The notes under the pieces: model-generated
Databases searched by the model: none
What the model saw: only the letters and a program-made list of their open reading frames with translations
What the model was told of the DNA's origin: nothing
Position numbers and translations under genes: made by a program
Shown here: one piece after another, positions 13,229 to 28,134 of the stretch
Numbering within the stretch: the stretch's first letter is position 1
How the letters are laid out: every line of letters begins with the position of its first letter
Origin: Oopsacas minuta
Taxonomy: Eukaryota > Animalia > Porifera
Assembly (NCBI GenBank): GCA_024704765.1
Contig: JAKMXF010000304.1
Span: 406,322-470,321, forward strand
Reading direction: 5' to 3'
Length of the DNA stretch: 64,000 nucleotides

Positions 13229-13641
13229 TGATCAAATACAACCATATTTAGTGGATATTTTTTTGTCTGACCAAAAATTTCTAATCAAAATCCGATACAT
13301 GTGGTTAATTAATAAGTTGATTTGGCATTTTGAACCATGGATTATATCCATAACATATATTTGCTGTTATTTAATAGAAATGTCTAATACAGTAATAGTA
13401 AATTAGCTCTGTATATAAATGTTCATTAAATTGGAAGACAATACCTAGAGGCAAACAATAACTACGCATTCCTAAAAGTATGATTTCTGGAAGAATTTTT
13501 ATATATGCTACATTCCCAGTCCTTAATTGTAGAAAAGATGATTGGCAATTTGAATGGAAAAATTTAATAGACATATTTTCAACAATTTCCCCGATCTGTA
13601 ATTAATAATAGGAATGTAACGATTACATAATTTAATCTAAA

Positions 13642-13686
13642 ATGCGAATAACTCAATATGAGGAACTGATGTTGAGTTATTCGCAT
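13642..13686. repeat. Perfect 15-bp inverted repeat (hairpin) with 15-nt loop
   Basis: atgcgaataactcaa (13642-13656) and ttgagttattcgcat (13672-13686) are exact reverse complements. Confidence 0.85.
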
Positions 13687-14072
13687 CAGCGCAGCTGTTA
13701 CAAATAGATATTTGTGTTTCTACTTCAGATATGGGAAATATTGGAAGGTATTTTCTGGGAGTTCTCAAAGATTGATCAATACGCTAGCATCATTACCTAT
13801 TTGCTCTTTTGGATCCATATATATATACATCATAAGGATGTTCATTATGAGCCAATTTTATGGGTATATTTGGCTATTTTTAAATATGTATACTTCTTAA
13901 TAATTGAATTAATCCATTAGCACATGTCGTCATGATTAGCTGGTGTCTGCTGTCAATTACCCAATTTCCTTGCACAATTAGGTTCGGGAATTTACTGCAA
14001 CATAAACATTAATAGTACACAAGTGAAACAAAATATTTCGGATCTTTACCGAAAATTGTAATTGATTAAACA

Positions 14073-14222
14073 CACTATAACTTGGATAAGACAGACCCCT
14101 CAGGGAAACAAAATTAGTACGTACTAACCGAAATACGTCTTATCCGAATATTTTTCCTATACAATTAGTACAAGAATCGAGAATCTGCTCAGGAGTAAAG
14201 TACGTACTATCCAGTTCTACTG
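14073..14222. mobile_element. pogo/Tigger-type MITE (~150 bp)
   Basis: Imperfect TIRs cactataacttggata / tatccagttctactg+TA, and a repeated internal agtacgtacta. Confidence 0.55.
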
Positions 14223-14402
14223 TAGTAGAAATTTTTTATTTGTTAAACCAGTTGATGTATAAAGTTAATAAGTGATGTGTAATAAAACAGGAAGTATTCT
14301 AGAATGATGAACCAGTCATATATTTTTAAACTACACCTTAGGAGCCATAAATTGTAATTATTCCTGAATGTTATTATTATTATTTAAGGAATCTTATACA
14401 AG

Positions 14403-17125
14403 CGTGGTGTCGTGCTCTATGGGCCCCCTCAAATTCCATGAGCCGCTTCCAGATAATTTATTTCTCCCAATCGACTAATGGTTTTTGCTTTTGGTCTTGA
14501 TGCATACTACTGATAGTTACATCATGTACATAGGCCAATCCTTAATTTTTTGTTTTATATATCAATTTAGAACATTATTTGATTCTTTTTTCCTAACTTT
14601 CGTATATAGTTATTATCTTTTGTTCGTCAATGAATTTGGATAAATATTTTCACCCTTTGTCACCATGTTCTCCTCCAATTATCCAATCAAGTGATACTCC
14701 TACAGATGCAATTGTCACTAATAGTTCTATAGAATCTGAGACTTCGTTTATGAATTACTCGTTGTTGAACGATGCTATGGGACAAGAATTTGTAATTCCA
14801 GTAGACGGATTACTTCCTGCTAAATACATCAAATATGAACCTATACCACTGAAACTACCAAATAACTCATACCCTCAAACATTATTTCATGGGAAAATGA
14901 GGGCTTTTCAGGAAAATTGGTATATTTCAAGACCCTGGTTAGAGTATAATAAGTATAATGATTTGGCTTTGTGCTTTCCCTGTCGTGTTTCGGTTCTGCA
15001 TTAAATAAATATGATAAAAAATACAGGATTCGATAAACATTCAGAAAGTGAAAATAGTTCCATGTGCATGGAAAAATGAACTAGATATTGACATGAAACT
15101 CCGGTAGATGTCCTCATCAGCGAAGATATGAAGAAAGCATTATCTCTTGCGAATAAAGAAATGCAATCAAGAAAAGATATTGTTTATCTCCTGATTGATG
15201 TAGTTATTACATTAGCTCAATTGAACTTGCCTTTTCATGGTCATAATGAAGGAGAAGTGTCTACGAGTAAAGGTGTTTTCAAGGGAATTGTCGAACTTAT
15301 TTCTCGTTATTACCCACCTTTAATGATTCATCTACAAAAGGGACAAGCAAATCCAAAAGGTTATCCCAGTTATTTATCACCTACTTCTCAGAATGAAATG
15401 ATTCAGTATAGTGTCGAAATCTTGAAGGAAGATATTATTGAAAATATTCAAATGGCTCACTTTTTTTTAATTTGTTTAGATACTACTCCAGATATAGCTA
15501 AGTAAGATCAGTTATCCATTATAGTCAGATATGTCAATATAAATGGTGAAATAATTGAATCTCTACTTGACTTGATTGATGTGGCGAATTGTACAGCTGT
15601 ACGGTTAGTGACAACTATTGTTGATGTTTTCAGTAAGCACGGATTATTGATCGTATCATTATGTGGTCAAGGTTATGATGGATGTGCAACAATGGCTGGT
15701 AGGTATAATGGAGTCTAAAATTTAATTAAAAGTAAAGAACTCTAAAGCATAGGTTGTAGATTGTTATGCGCATCGGTTAAACCTAGTTGTTGTTGATACT
15801 TGTAAACGCAATGTGATCACTAGAAATTTCTTTGGAATAATGCAAAAGCTGTACGCATTTATTGGGGGTAGCACAAAGAGACATGGGTTATCTAAAGATA
15901 TCCAGATGAAGTGCTCTGCCAGTCAGGGTGAAGGGAAGAAAATAGGCACACTTATATCACTAAGCGATACTAGATGGTCTTCCCGTGGAAAGGCATGCCA
16001 AGTTTTGCTTAAAATATTAGTGTTCTTCTAAAAGTTCTAGATTCTATTATATACGATGGTAAATATGATTCTGGTATAGCGTCAGATGCTTTCTCTCTAT
16101 CAAAATGTATAGATTTCCAATTTTTTGTCTATGTTTAGTTACCTTTACAGATATCCTCAAATTGTGTGATATCATTTCAAAATATCTTCAAAATGAAGAT
16201 CTTGACATATCATCAGCAAGTCTACATATTAAATCTTTGATTAGTACGTTACAAGGTTATACAACTGAAGCATATTTTGATCAATTATATTTACAAGCTG
16301 AAAAAATTGCTGAGAATATTGGCGTCACATATAGTGAACCACGTCACAGGAAGGTGCCTACAAGGTTGGATGATAGTGAACACCATGTACCAATAGTGTT
16401 AACTAGAAAAGATCGTATGAAAGAGCAATTCTTTAATGATGTGATAGAGTTGATTAAAGAAGTGCTTCAGAGTAGATTCTCACATGAAACCATGCCTCTT
16501 CTCAAATCTATTGAATGCCTAAATTGTCCTAAAGCTGAAAATATACAGGATTTAAGAGTACTATCAAGTTATTATATTGGCGACTTCGATGCATATTTAA
16601 TAGAATATGAATACAAACTTCTTGCAAAATCAATTGAATTATCCAATATCGGGAAAATTGGAATTCATAAACTTTATCTTTATATGGTCAAGGAAGGGAT
16701 AGCCAAATTATATCCCAATTTGAACATTCTATATAGATTGATTCTTACATTACCAGTAACATCCTCCGCATGTGAACGTTCTTTTTCAACATTAAAGCTT
16801 ATTAAGACTCGATTACGTAGCACAATGTGTGAAGACAGGTTAAGTAATTTACTGTTATTGTCCGCTGAATCTATCAGGATGAAATCAATCCCTAAACACC
16901 TGAGAAGATTCACGAGAGATTTTGGAATACTCCCAGGAAATAGTGTATATGAGTACTGAGCATATGAACACTAATTTATAAATATAATAGTATTTACCAT
17001 AGATTACTTGAAATATAGTTTGAGCCAAAGAGAGTTCGAGTACTTTTATTATGATATTTATTCTCTTTTGGGATGTATTATTGACTCTGTGCCCCTCCAG
17101 AAATTTTCCAAGCACGAAGCCACTG
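14403..17125 (+). mobile_element. hAT transposon of ZMYM1/DUF4371 type, full length; disrupted transposase ~14630-16959
   Basis: TIR cgtggtgtcgtgct / agcacgaagccactg; 8-bp TSD tatacaag / tgtacaag (7/8). Motifs RAFQENWY..RPWLEY..DLALCFPCR, LPFHGHNE, LDTTPDI, GQGYDG, CYAHRLNL, DTRWS, LPVTSSACERSFSTLKLIKTRLRSTM. Confidence 0.92.
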
Positions 17126-17428
17126 TGTACAAGTACAGGACATACTCGGTATTGGGAATAGGGAATCAGATTCAGAACTAAAGAATCTGTATTTGATAAT
17201 TTAACTTCACATGTTATGTGTTATCAGCATTTGCTTATTGGGTACAATAATATTCAGTACCATGCTTAAATTCTGAAGAATGTACATCTGATGATGCCTG
17301 AAATTTGTTGAGAATTTCTTCATTATTATTAAACAAATATGTACTTAAAGACTAGTAATAATTTGGAATATTACGCAGTTATCTACGAATGTTGAAAACC
17401 AGCTATGAGCTTGAAGTTAATGAAAATA

Positions 17429-17660
17429 CAGGGTGTCTCATAATTATTGCCCTATTGTGTAAATGACTATAGCATTCAAATATCATTAATTAAATATGCT
17501 ACTTTGACTAGTGCATAAGGGATGTCTTGTGTCAAGTTAACTAACTAAATAAGGCTGGTCAATAAATTTATGAAAGATAACTAGACAATTGTACGATATT
17601 TTAGAAATATTGATGAAATGAAACTAAATGCTGATAGGGCAATAATTATGGTACACCCTG
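17429..17660. mobile_element. Tc1/mariner-type MITE, 232 bp
   Basis: TIR cagggtgtctcataattattgccctat / atagggcaataattatggtacaccctg, TA on both sides. Confidence 0.88.
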
Positions 17661-18659
17661 TAGTATGTATGCCAGAAGATTGACATAAGACAAGAAGAAA
17701 TTTAGATTTAGATTTGTCCATTTCGTTAAGTTCCCAAGATATCACCAGTTACCACACTGTCTGTCGTACACAAATTCATTGAAGAGCTCTTCTACTGATG
17801 TCTTTATAGCACCTAAGGTAAGTTAATGTGTGATAATATACTGAATATATTGTTTGCATTCAAGGTATAACAAATAGTATGTGTTTAATTCCATATCGAT
17901 TTTTGTAAATTTTCTATAAATTCAAGGGAATTTCGTTACAACTTATAGCAGATTCTCATTTGTCATTATTATATCAATCTGAGTAATGACCTTTGGTTAT
18001 ATGATGTATTGTTCGGAAGCAATTGTACCAGATAAAAATTCCGAATCTTTTTTAGGTGATCATATTTGGAGATACATCTGTAAAATATTCATTTGGAATA
18101 TGTACTTGTGGAATAAGTACTTATTTATTGTTCTGCATTTGTAATTCGCTGTATTTTCAAATTATTTGATTATTTGATAGATGTATGTAGAATTTGCGAA
18201 ATTACCAATATGTATGTGAAAATTCGTATACAAAAATATAATGGAAAGTAAAGCAATTAGGCTGATGTGACTTCATATACGAAAGAAAACAGTCACTGTG
18301 TACCGGCTTACAATATACCAACGATAGTCTGTGCAACAGCTACAGTACTGTAAAGACTAATGAAGATTAGGGAATAATGCATAATTTCAAAAAACATTAA
18401 TAGTCATAAAAGTACTAGCGACTTCCGGTTTTGCTTAAAGAAATTGAATTATCGAATACGATAGAAGTTATTTGTAAAGTTATAGGCGATTCTGTTGGTA
18501 GAATATTTACAGGATTGACTTCAAAGTTGGTGTTAGTAATCCACCAAAGTATGTGAATGTACTGATTTTTAGAATATCATTCTGGGTCCTAATTTTAGTA
18601 TTTCACGATAATATTGATATCTTTAGAAACGTTCACTTCTCAACTATCGATTAACTTTA

Positions 18660-19100
18660 ATCTAATTTAGATTCAGCATTATAAGGGTTAATAAACAACA
18701 GTTTGAACTGACCCTACTTTGTTCACAATCTAATCCTTCCCCCTCACTTCCAGCTTCAACCTTGAAAGCTGTTAACTCGAAGAGTTTAGGGAATTTAGGA
18801 ATGTGTAATTTACAAAACGTCCATATCTCATAAATATGGGAAAGGAATTTCAGACTAGAATTCAAATTTTTTTAGACAGTATTTCCAATAAAGTTGTATG
18901 TATACTTATTATGATAAAGACGTGAGTTAAAGAACTATTTGACTAGGATAGTTAAGATGGTGAAGTATCTATAGATTCATCCAGTTGCAAGCTTAGGTCA
19001 GTGGCTCTCCTTAATCTCATGAACAACCTGCTCCAAGATGTTGCAACTCATACCTGCAACTCGAAAATATTTCACTGGACTGGCTTCTTCGTTCTAAGTA
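18660..19100 (-). pseudogene. Highly decayed Buster/Charlie-type hAT transposase remnant
   Basis: The minus strand reads LSLQLDESID at ~18967-18996 (first catalytic-D motif); flanking frames are full of stops. Confidence 0.4.
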
Positions 19101-21629
19101 ACCGTTTTCTTTTGGCATTCTGGTATAGATAAACCTCTCTTCCATCTCCAAAAGTCACTAAAGACAGATGTTATGAAAACGCGATTTCTATTATCGTAAT
19201 CAGTTTAGTATACAATATAATCTTTCATTAACATTCTTTTCGTCTTCTGTTTGAGTTGCCAAATGCCTATACTGTCTAGAAGTGCTAGACTCGCTGAAAA
19301 TATTCAGTTTCTTCTTGTGGATTGTTAAAAGGTGGGGAGAGTATGTCTTCCATAAATTCTTCAGTGCAGTGGGACCTAGTGGGGATATGACATCAGAAAT
19401 TTCATCGATTCCTCTGAATTGATGTTAGTATTGAGATGCTTGCTGTATATCACTGAAAAGATATCATTATGCCTTACTCTCTAGCTCACGTAATATCGAA
19501 TGCGGCTTCTCCCTGTGCTCTTTGCTCTTTTCTAGGCCGATTAATCGCTATTGCATCAGATCTTAGCAATTTTTGGTTAAAACGAATTTTGAATGATGAA
19601 ATATTTGTTCATCACATTAATTGAACAAAATGTTCATTATCTACCTCTTTAAATATTTAACAGACTGCTCGTTGAAGGTATGAAAGGCCTGTTTCAGCAG
19701 ATATTTACTACCAACGTATTATTTCTTATAGTCAATATTAATTCAAATCTAAATATGTTCATTTTCTCAACGTATTCGTACTAACAAGGTAACATGACTT
19801 TTGAGCAGATTTGTGAAATTTCCCTCTGTTTTTTGCTAATCTGGTATTTGGAGTGAATTTCTATATATGTTTTTTATATATTCATGATGAGTTTGCAGTT
19901 GTTCAAGGTGATGACGTTTGACATTTGGCATATTGAGGGCAACTTTGATTCAAATGTGAACTTTCGTCGGAGACTCAAACTTGCCCAATCCAGGCCCAAA
20001 TACCCTTGTATGCCAAAAATTCGTGCTGGGGGTACAAATATATACATATTTGTGCCCATATACAAAATACATACATACATAAATATATTATACTATTAAA
20101 ACGCAATTACCCAGTAAATCTATTTTTATGTTTGTATGTCCAGAATTGATTGAAAAAACTGGAAGAACCCCATTGCTGATCTTTCACATCAGGAGTATTT
20201 TGGGACTTGCTCGTGGAAGTTCGAGTCTTGGGCGATAATTCAGACCTATGATGAAATTACTACGTCCTTATCACCTTTCTGGATTTTCAAAAATCACATT
20301 ATTGGCCACTGCTTAATCAATATAAAGGATTGAAGTTTGAAATTTGAATCACAGGTACCCCTCAATGTGACAAATATCTTGACCTCATCATTTAGTCCAA
20401 AACCTAATTCAACATGAGATTATTACGTCATCATGTCTCTACTACAAATTCCTTTTTTCCATAGTTCGAGAAGTTTGTAATTTCTTAACGTGGTCCGAAG
20501 TGCCGAGATTAATAACCAAAGGCCACGTAAATCTCCTGTATTACCAACTAAGCCCATTTTATGTAATTTTGAATTCTTTCAATTCGGCACACTAAATAGG
20601 ATAGTATCGTCTTACTCAGTGTAGGCAATCCACGGTCTACTTAATATACGACTGAATATGTCCCGGAGATTCCTTGAAAACATGTAGGCAGATTGAAAAT
20701 GTCTTATTACAACATATCTCGAGTAATATGTATAGTAGTGCTTAAGTATGTATTAGTGATGTATAGGATGTGATATCAAAGTATACATTTTAATTGTCTA
20801 TAATATGATATCTCATCATGTGGTTTAGTTAAAGCTATTTTTAGAGACAAATGCTGTTTTTCAAATTGTGATTAAACATGTTTTCAGTGTTCTTAATGCT
20901 TGATAGTTTTCTCTCATGAGAAATTTAAATAGTATATTTCAAAATAATGGTTAGTATAAATGGCATATGAACACATTCCTGTGTTATTAATGAAACGTGT
21001 TTCTATTTGTTGAGGCTATAACTCTAAAACTATGTCCTATGACGCTATACTTTATACCATTAGTTCGTATTATTCAACTTCTTATTCATCACTAATATAT
21101 TTCATTTGCTTTTTGTTAATACTTTTTGAGATATTTTGATATTTATCATATTTGTATATGATTGCCATCTATATAGTGAATTTCAAAATATATTAACATT
21201 AATTGAGATGATTCAGTTCCTCTAGATTGTCCCAATTAAGCAGTTTTCCTGATTAACCAGTGTCCCGATTGAGCGGAACTGACTGTATATAATCAGTGGA
21301 TAGGAAGTTGACTATAAGCTATTCAGTAATAATATTTATAGTTCATTGAATTGGTCGGAAATGGAGGGCAGTAATTGAAATACTCGCGAGTTGTAGACAA
21401 GGGTGGATTCGGTTAACCGCCGCTCTATCCAGTTAACTCTCTAATAAAAATACATACGGTTAATCGAATAGCATCCTTCCCAACCATATATTCATAATTC
21501 CTCAGGTTTTAAGAGGTAAGAAAATATATATAAACGAAATCTGCTAGTTAAGTATTTTGAGATGTTACATTTTTGATTGGTATTACTAAATTCAATACGT
21601 TTTTAGATAACATGCATAATGATTGCATG

Positions 21630-22963
21630 CAATCTGTTACATAATTATTCGGAATTTTAATATACTTTGGAAATATACCATAACTTGATAGAATCATTGT
21701 GTCTTTGAAAGTGAATGCATATTTTGAATTGTGTAATAATCATACGTAATTCGATTATTTTATTTAGTTCAATTAATCAACTTCTCGAACATTTCTCTCT
21801 TCTGTAATATTTGTTGTGACGTCATTTCGTATTATTCGTAAGTTTACTATTTATCTTCTCTTGTCTTAAGTATTAGCTATTTCAGATGGCTCAATTGCAT
21901 AAGAGAAATACTATCAAGTTATTACTAGAAGCTAACAGCCATACCTCAAAAGAAATTGCTCAAATGCTCATGTAAGCTTGTTAACTGTATATTATGTAAA
22001 GGCCAAACTAGCAAAAGGAATTGATATCTCCCATCAAAAAGGAGCTGGAAGGCCATGCTCATTGAGAAATAGGATTAAACAGTCGATTAGCTAAAAAATA
22101 AGACAAAAACCATACTTATCACTAAGAACATTGGCAAGTAGAGCTCCTATATCTGTATCCTACCAGACTGTACGCCGAGCCTTAGTCGATTCCAAATATT
22201 CTAAGAGATATCCCACAAAAGTACCTATGCTGAGTGAAACAAATCAATTGTATCCTGTCCAATGGGCTAATAAGTTTAAATACTCCAAAAAACAATGGGC
22301 CAAGACTGTTTTTGCTGATGAAATGTCGATTTGGCTGTCCAGGGGTCGAATGAAGATGTGGACAAAATCTAATCAGAAATGATTTGTCGCCACCACTAAA
22401 CATACTCCAAAAATGAATGTTTGGGTGGCATTCTTTTCGATTGGGACTTTCCCTTTGTACATATTTACAACTAATATGGACAGTTCATTCTTCCTAGACT
22501 TACTTCAAGGTTATCTCCTAACTCAGGCTGAAGTTTCCATGGAAATGATTGGCAACTCGTAATGAATAACGATCCTAAGCATACAGCGACAAAGGTTAAG
22601 AATTGGTTGAGTACTAATTTACCAAAAGTACTTCCGTGGCCATCACAAAGCCCCGATCTTAATCCTATTGAAAATCTGTTCGCGTGGGTTAAGCAAGAAT
22701 TAACTAAACAAGGCCCAAAGACAATTTCAGAGCTGAAGAAAATGCTGGAAATTACCTGGGGCAGGCTAGATTCTAATTTTCTAGAGCCATATTGCTCTTC
22801 AATGCCACGTAGGTGTCAAATTGTCATTGACTCAAGAGGCCTACCAATTAAATATTGATTATACACCTCTTGAGAATATTTTAGTCAATTTTGTATTGTG
22901 TAAGAGTAAATCCGATCGTATGATGAACTAATCCATGATTCCAAATAATTATGTAACAGACTG
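21630..22963 (+). mobile_element. Tc1-like (DD34E-type) transposon, 1,334 bp, disrupted transposase 21886-22858
   Basis: TIR caatctgttacataattattcgg / ccaaataattatgtaacagactg+TA. Motifs GAGRP, VFADEM, MNNDPKH (second D changed to N), WPSQSPDLNPIENL. Confidence 0.9.
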
Positions 22964-24395
22964 TATATAGTAGCTATGTAATGTTATTATCAATTCTAGT
23001 TACGTAACTTCATTGATTGTATTGAACAGTACTTACAGGGGTTAACCTGGTCAACCGCTATTATTGAAAAGATTTTAACTGCGCCCGAATTCGGTAACCA
23101 TCCCCCCCAGTCCTGTTGCAGATTCATAGTTTGTGAACTGATGGGTAGGATGCTTGAATAGAGAATCAATTTTATAATATTGAAGTCTGGATAGGGGTAA
23201 TAACATTATGTAGTGAATTTTCTCCTTATATGTTGACTCTTGGTGGGGGATAGTTGAATAACAGTTTGAGCGATCTAATCTTCGTTGAATTAGGTTGAAG
23301 ACCACTCATAGCAATATGTTTGCCTTTGGACATTTGAACCAAATAGCTTCGCTCTTGTTTTTTTATAATAAAATTAATTGAAGGATTCTACACGATTCTG
23401 AAGGACAGCATAACAAATTAAGAAATAGGATTTTATTCCAGCCCTTCAATTACCATACAACTGAATAGAAGATCATCTACCAATTCCTTCATGGCAAAGG
23501 AAGATATCTTTTCATTAAAACTTGATTGTTTCAAACCAATTGTATAGTATTCTTTCAACATTTTTCTTGTTTCAGAGTTAGGAATCAAATTGCATCAGAA
23601 CATGAAACATGCTGTATTTTTCTTGTTCATCTACTGTATATGCGCACATGTTTTGAGTTTCCAAATTGACACCGTCAGAATAACAATATCTGGATTACTT
23701 TTGCACGTAGGACATTTAAATTTAACGCTATAATTAATGTCGATCATGCTTTAATATGCATTTCATCCATGTTGAATTATATAGTATGAATAGTTAGTTT
23801 CTCCTCGTAACATATCTAATTCGCTCTATAATCACTAGAATATCTTATGAAGTTAATACGTAAGAACATGCACATCATACTAACTTACCTTATCTAGCTA
23901 TGTATTGTATTTTTAGATGAAATCGTGAATTCAGATTATTCATATAGTATATAGTAGTGTAGAATGTAGCGATTATTCAAAGTTTAGCAGGAGAGTTGTT
24001 TTCTAGTCAAAACTATTACATCAGCATGGGCCTGAGAATACTGAGCTATAAACTACATACTCAATATAGGGAGGTATTCATTAAGTAAATGCCCAATACA
24101 GAAGGTGCTTACCTTTGTGGTCAGGTAATCTAATCATATCTCTTGCTGTTTATAGAATAATTCCATTTTTTCGAATAAATTTTCTTTTAAATATTCAATT
24201 GATAACCAATTTCCCAAGATTTTTGTCAGGAAATATATCTGTTGATAAACTAATGCCATTTTAAACTAAGGTTAGATACGACAGAGTAATCTAATTCTTT
24301 TGCCTCTCTTTAGTTCCTTTTACATCTCATCCAATAATAATTGATTGTAAGCGATTACATTTAGTGTAGATTTTCAATTTTGAAACGGTGAATAG

Positions 24396-24443
24396 TATTA
24401 TTCTCTATTAGAAATATAGTATTATTCTCTATTAGAAATATAG
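24396..24443 (+). repeat. Tandem duplication of a 24-nt unit
   Basis: tattattctctattagaaatatag occurs twice in a row. Confidence 0.85.
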
Positions 24444-24643
24444 TTGAATTATCTAGGATAAAATAATGGTTAACATCGATATATTTTCGTTCACAGATCA
24501 CAAAACTTTCAATAAAAAAACATTTCTCTAATGCCCTATAATGAAAGCAACTTTGATCTCAATAAAGCAAACAGTTTTTTGTATCTTTATCACTAATAAC
24601 TTACCTCATGGCCAGTACAACCTGCCCTAAGAAGATCTGTTAA

Positions 24644-24868
24644 GTCCACTGTACATGGTGCAAATATGTTGCACACAACTGTTGTATACAAGTATGTTAT
24701 ATGCAACAAGGTAACACACACGATGCAACAGCGTTGCATTAAAACATTTAATTTTAATGCAACATTGTTGCAGGAAAATTGATCATGTTCCTATTTCCAT
24801 GTAACAAAATTGAGCTAAAAACCTAAGAAGACATTGCATGCAACAATATTGCATCGTGTGTGTTGGGC
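24644..24868. mobile_element. Tourist/PIF-Harbinger-like palindromic MITE
   Basis: Ends taa-gtccactgtacatggtgcaaatatgttgca / tgcaacaatattgcatcgtgtgtgttgggc-tta; internal inverted copy acacacacgatgcaac at ~24714; recurrent tgcaac/gttgca. Confidence 0.55.
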
Positions 24869-27175
24869 TTAGCATATATTTTGCAATCTCAATATATATT
24901 TAGTTTATGGGCTATTTCTATGTCTGAAAACACTATTTATTTGGTTTCGACTAACTTGCAGACAAACAGTTTTACAATCAGAAGGAAAATGCACTATACT
25001 AATTAATGGGTGACATATGTAGTGTAGATATTCCTTCATCACCAGTTTCCAAATTATAGTTACAATCTGCGACAGCCTCTATAGATAAATAATTAAGCAA
25101 CTTAGATATTGAATTTCAACGAATTCCACCCTAATCTAAGTTAAGTTTATTTTCATATCTTATCCAGTCTGAAATCTGAATAAAATAACAATAACGACCC
25201 ACTGGGGTACAAATAATCCCGCGCTTTACTTGATAAGTTGGATCTCTATTAGATGTGTTGTATCTATACCAGTTGTAAAATATCGCTAGCGTACCCCATG
25301 CTCTAACATCACAAAAGAGTTTGCAACTAATCTGAGCCCACATTTCTTATATATTCAAATATTGATTACCCATTTTTGGGTGGACTTCAACATCTCCGGT
25401 TTTTATTCGTAAGAATGCTCAGCTCAGAAATTTGTGCCTCATTTACATCATCGGATCTATGTCTCTTTCTCTTAGAAATTTCAAGATAAGTATACTCTTC
25501 ATTCTCAGCCAGTGTTTAACACAAATTCGCCCGATCTTTCTTTAACAAGTGTAGTTAGCGATAATTTTGTATAAATTGACTAGAATATCAAGCTATTGAA
25601 TAATAAATAGTTTTAATATGCGGATAAAGCTATAAAGCTGTAATGTATGAAACCGCAACATTAGCCTATTTTATGAGTATGCACACTGTACTTTTTAATA
25701 TCTCAAACATAGCATGCCTTCTTTTTCATTTCCTTAAACAGAATTGATGAATACTTGAGGAAATAAATTGAATATGCTGGATACGATTAAACACATTTCA
25801 GAATTACGCTTATAATATGGAAATCCATTGTGACTTGGTTTAAACATTGAATTTAGATTCAAATATATGCATATAGTTGTCTTCAAAGAATTTATATTAA
25901 ACAAGTGTGCAGATTCCGTATTTAGCATTTTCAAGTTTCTGATTGATATTTTACTCGTCTTTAGGCACGAAATGCCTAGGATCTTTTCTTTTGTTTACAG
26001 TTTTGCTCAAAAGGGCACCAAGAGATCAAGAGGCTTCCGCAATTTGTAGTAACTAGTGAAGTGCTCTACTATCGTTGCAAAGTTAAATTTTACCATTGTG
26101 TTGTTATGAGATGTAAACCAGGTACTGTTGATCTCGGAATACAATTAGACTAATAATCTAACTTCCAAAGCAATCGTAAAAGGCAAAACAAGATCATACA
26201 TAGCTGTGTACAATGGTTTAAATCTTTTCTTTATTTATACTCGCTCCTAGTTTACTATTACACTTGATGCACATGAGACATTAATCCTTACTCAAATATC
26301 ACAACTGTTCTGTATGTGTTTGCCCATAATATTTTGGACTTCACACAAGAGTAAGATAGAGGGTTGAAAGTATGTGTTTCCATGGAGACAAAGGTTTATT
26401 ATTTTCTAAGTAATCAAACACACAACCACACTTTACGACACTTGAATATATTGGGTGATTTGCCATGTATTTTCACACTGCGAAACTAATACGTAACAAT
26501 ATAAAAGAATCTCTTCAAAGGCCGCTTCTTGGACTTTATGAGAGAGTCATCACAGGGCAACAAGGCCGAAGGGCGCGGAAATACCGAAATTTTTATTTTG
26601 TCATGGTGTACAGGTGCTCCGTGTACCCACTAGTTTTGCTGCATGTGAATTGAATGAGATTGTCAATTGGAATGCCATTATATGTTTGAAAATTTGAAAG
26701 AATAAGGATGTGGCGATAATAACTGATGAATTATAAATAAATTTCGATGGACTACATCAATTAAATATCCATAATCATCGACAAAAAATCGATAAATAAC
26801 AATGAAAATATCTATAAATTTGATGAATATCGAAGGACAAATCGATGAATTTCTCGATTGTCGGTATCAATTGGATTATTAATGAAACTTATCGATTGTT
26901 CAATATTAGAACGATTGGATTGAATTGGCATTCCTGGTTGCTAGGACCTCGTCGATCACATTCTCCGAATAAGTCCCTGAATCCCCTACCACGTATATGC
27001 TTTAATGTACTGTAGGACCTATCTAGCGACCGCCTAAATCCATCAAATAAATTCCTACCGTCCAATTTTCGTTAAAACCAACCTTGTATTCGTCCACTAC
27101 ATAACGGCTGTTTCCAGACAGTCTTTCAGCTTACCGTTATACTTATATACTTTTTTGACTTAAAATAGGATTAAT

Positions 27176-27283
<108 letters not shown>

Positions 27284-28134
27284 TAGCAATAGCTTATTCA
27301 TTGAGGTATAATTGAAATATTTTGTCGAATTTGACAAGGAACGGCAAATATGCGAAGGTCTTGATTTAATGTAAATTCTCTTCCCTACACATCATTGAGA
27401 TAGCTAATATTTATTATAAACTCTTTTCCTAGGGTCTTGTAGGCCCTTGTCGGATCGTGATCCAAGAAGCAAGGGGCATGGTTCATCCTTGTTTGCTGGT
27501 CGAGACGCCCCTTCTATTTTCTTCAATATTTAGAAAATTATGCGAATGCACTTATACTACTTTATTGTAATTTCCATCTCCTGCAAAGCTGTTATTTATC
27601 TTTTCATTTTCTTACACGAATGAATTTACTAATTTAGTTTGAATTTCCTTCGGTGATTCATTTCAATTCCTCGTTCATATTAAGTAACTCTGATTCTAGA
27701 CATACCGGAAATACGCATATAAATTCTTACAACTCATTGCAGTTACATAAATATTTGTCATTTTACTAAGTTTGAACTAGTGCTTAGCTTCTTATTGATT
27801 ACAGCTGCAGAAATTAGATCAGTTATGGCTTTCCTGAAACAGTCACATAGATATTAGATGTCAACTTTGTCAGTAAGATTATTAAAATCATTTGATGGGA
27901 TTATCTTACAATAGAAGGAATTCTGGGACTTATTGGTAACAACCATCCATAGAAGTATACACTTTTCACATGCGGAAAAACTTAATTATTTTTGAACTAA
28001 GCTTGCAGGTAGCGCTGGAAACGTAAGGGTTGATACTCTCAAATGAAAGTTATGAAGTATATATAAAGTGCTTCCAGAACAATTTGGTAGTATCCTTTTA
28101 GTAATCATAAACATTATTTGAAACGGGAGTTTCG

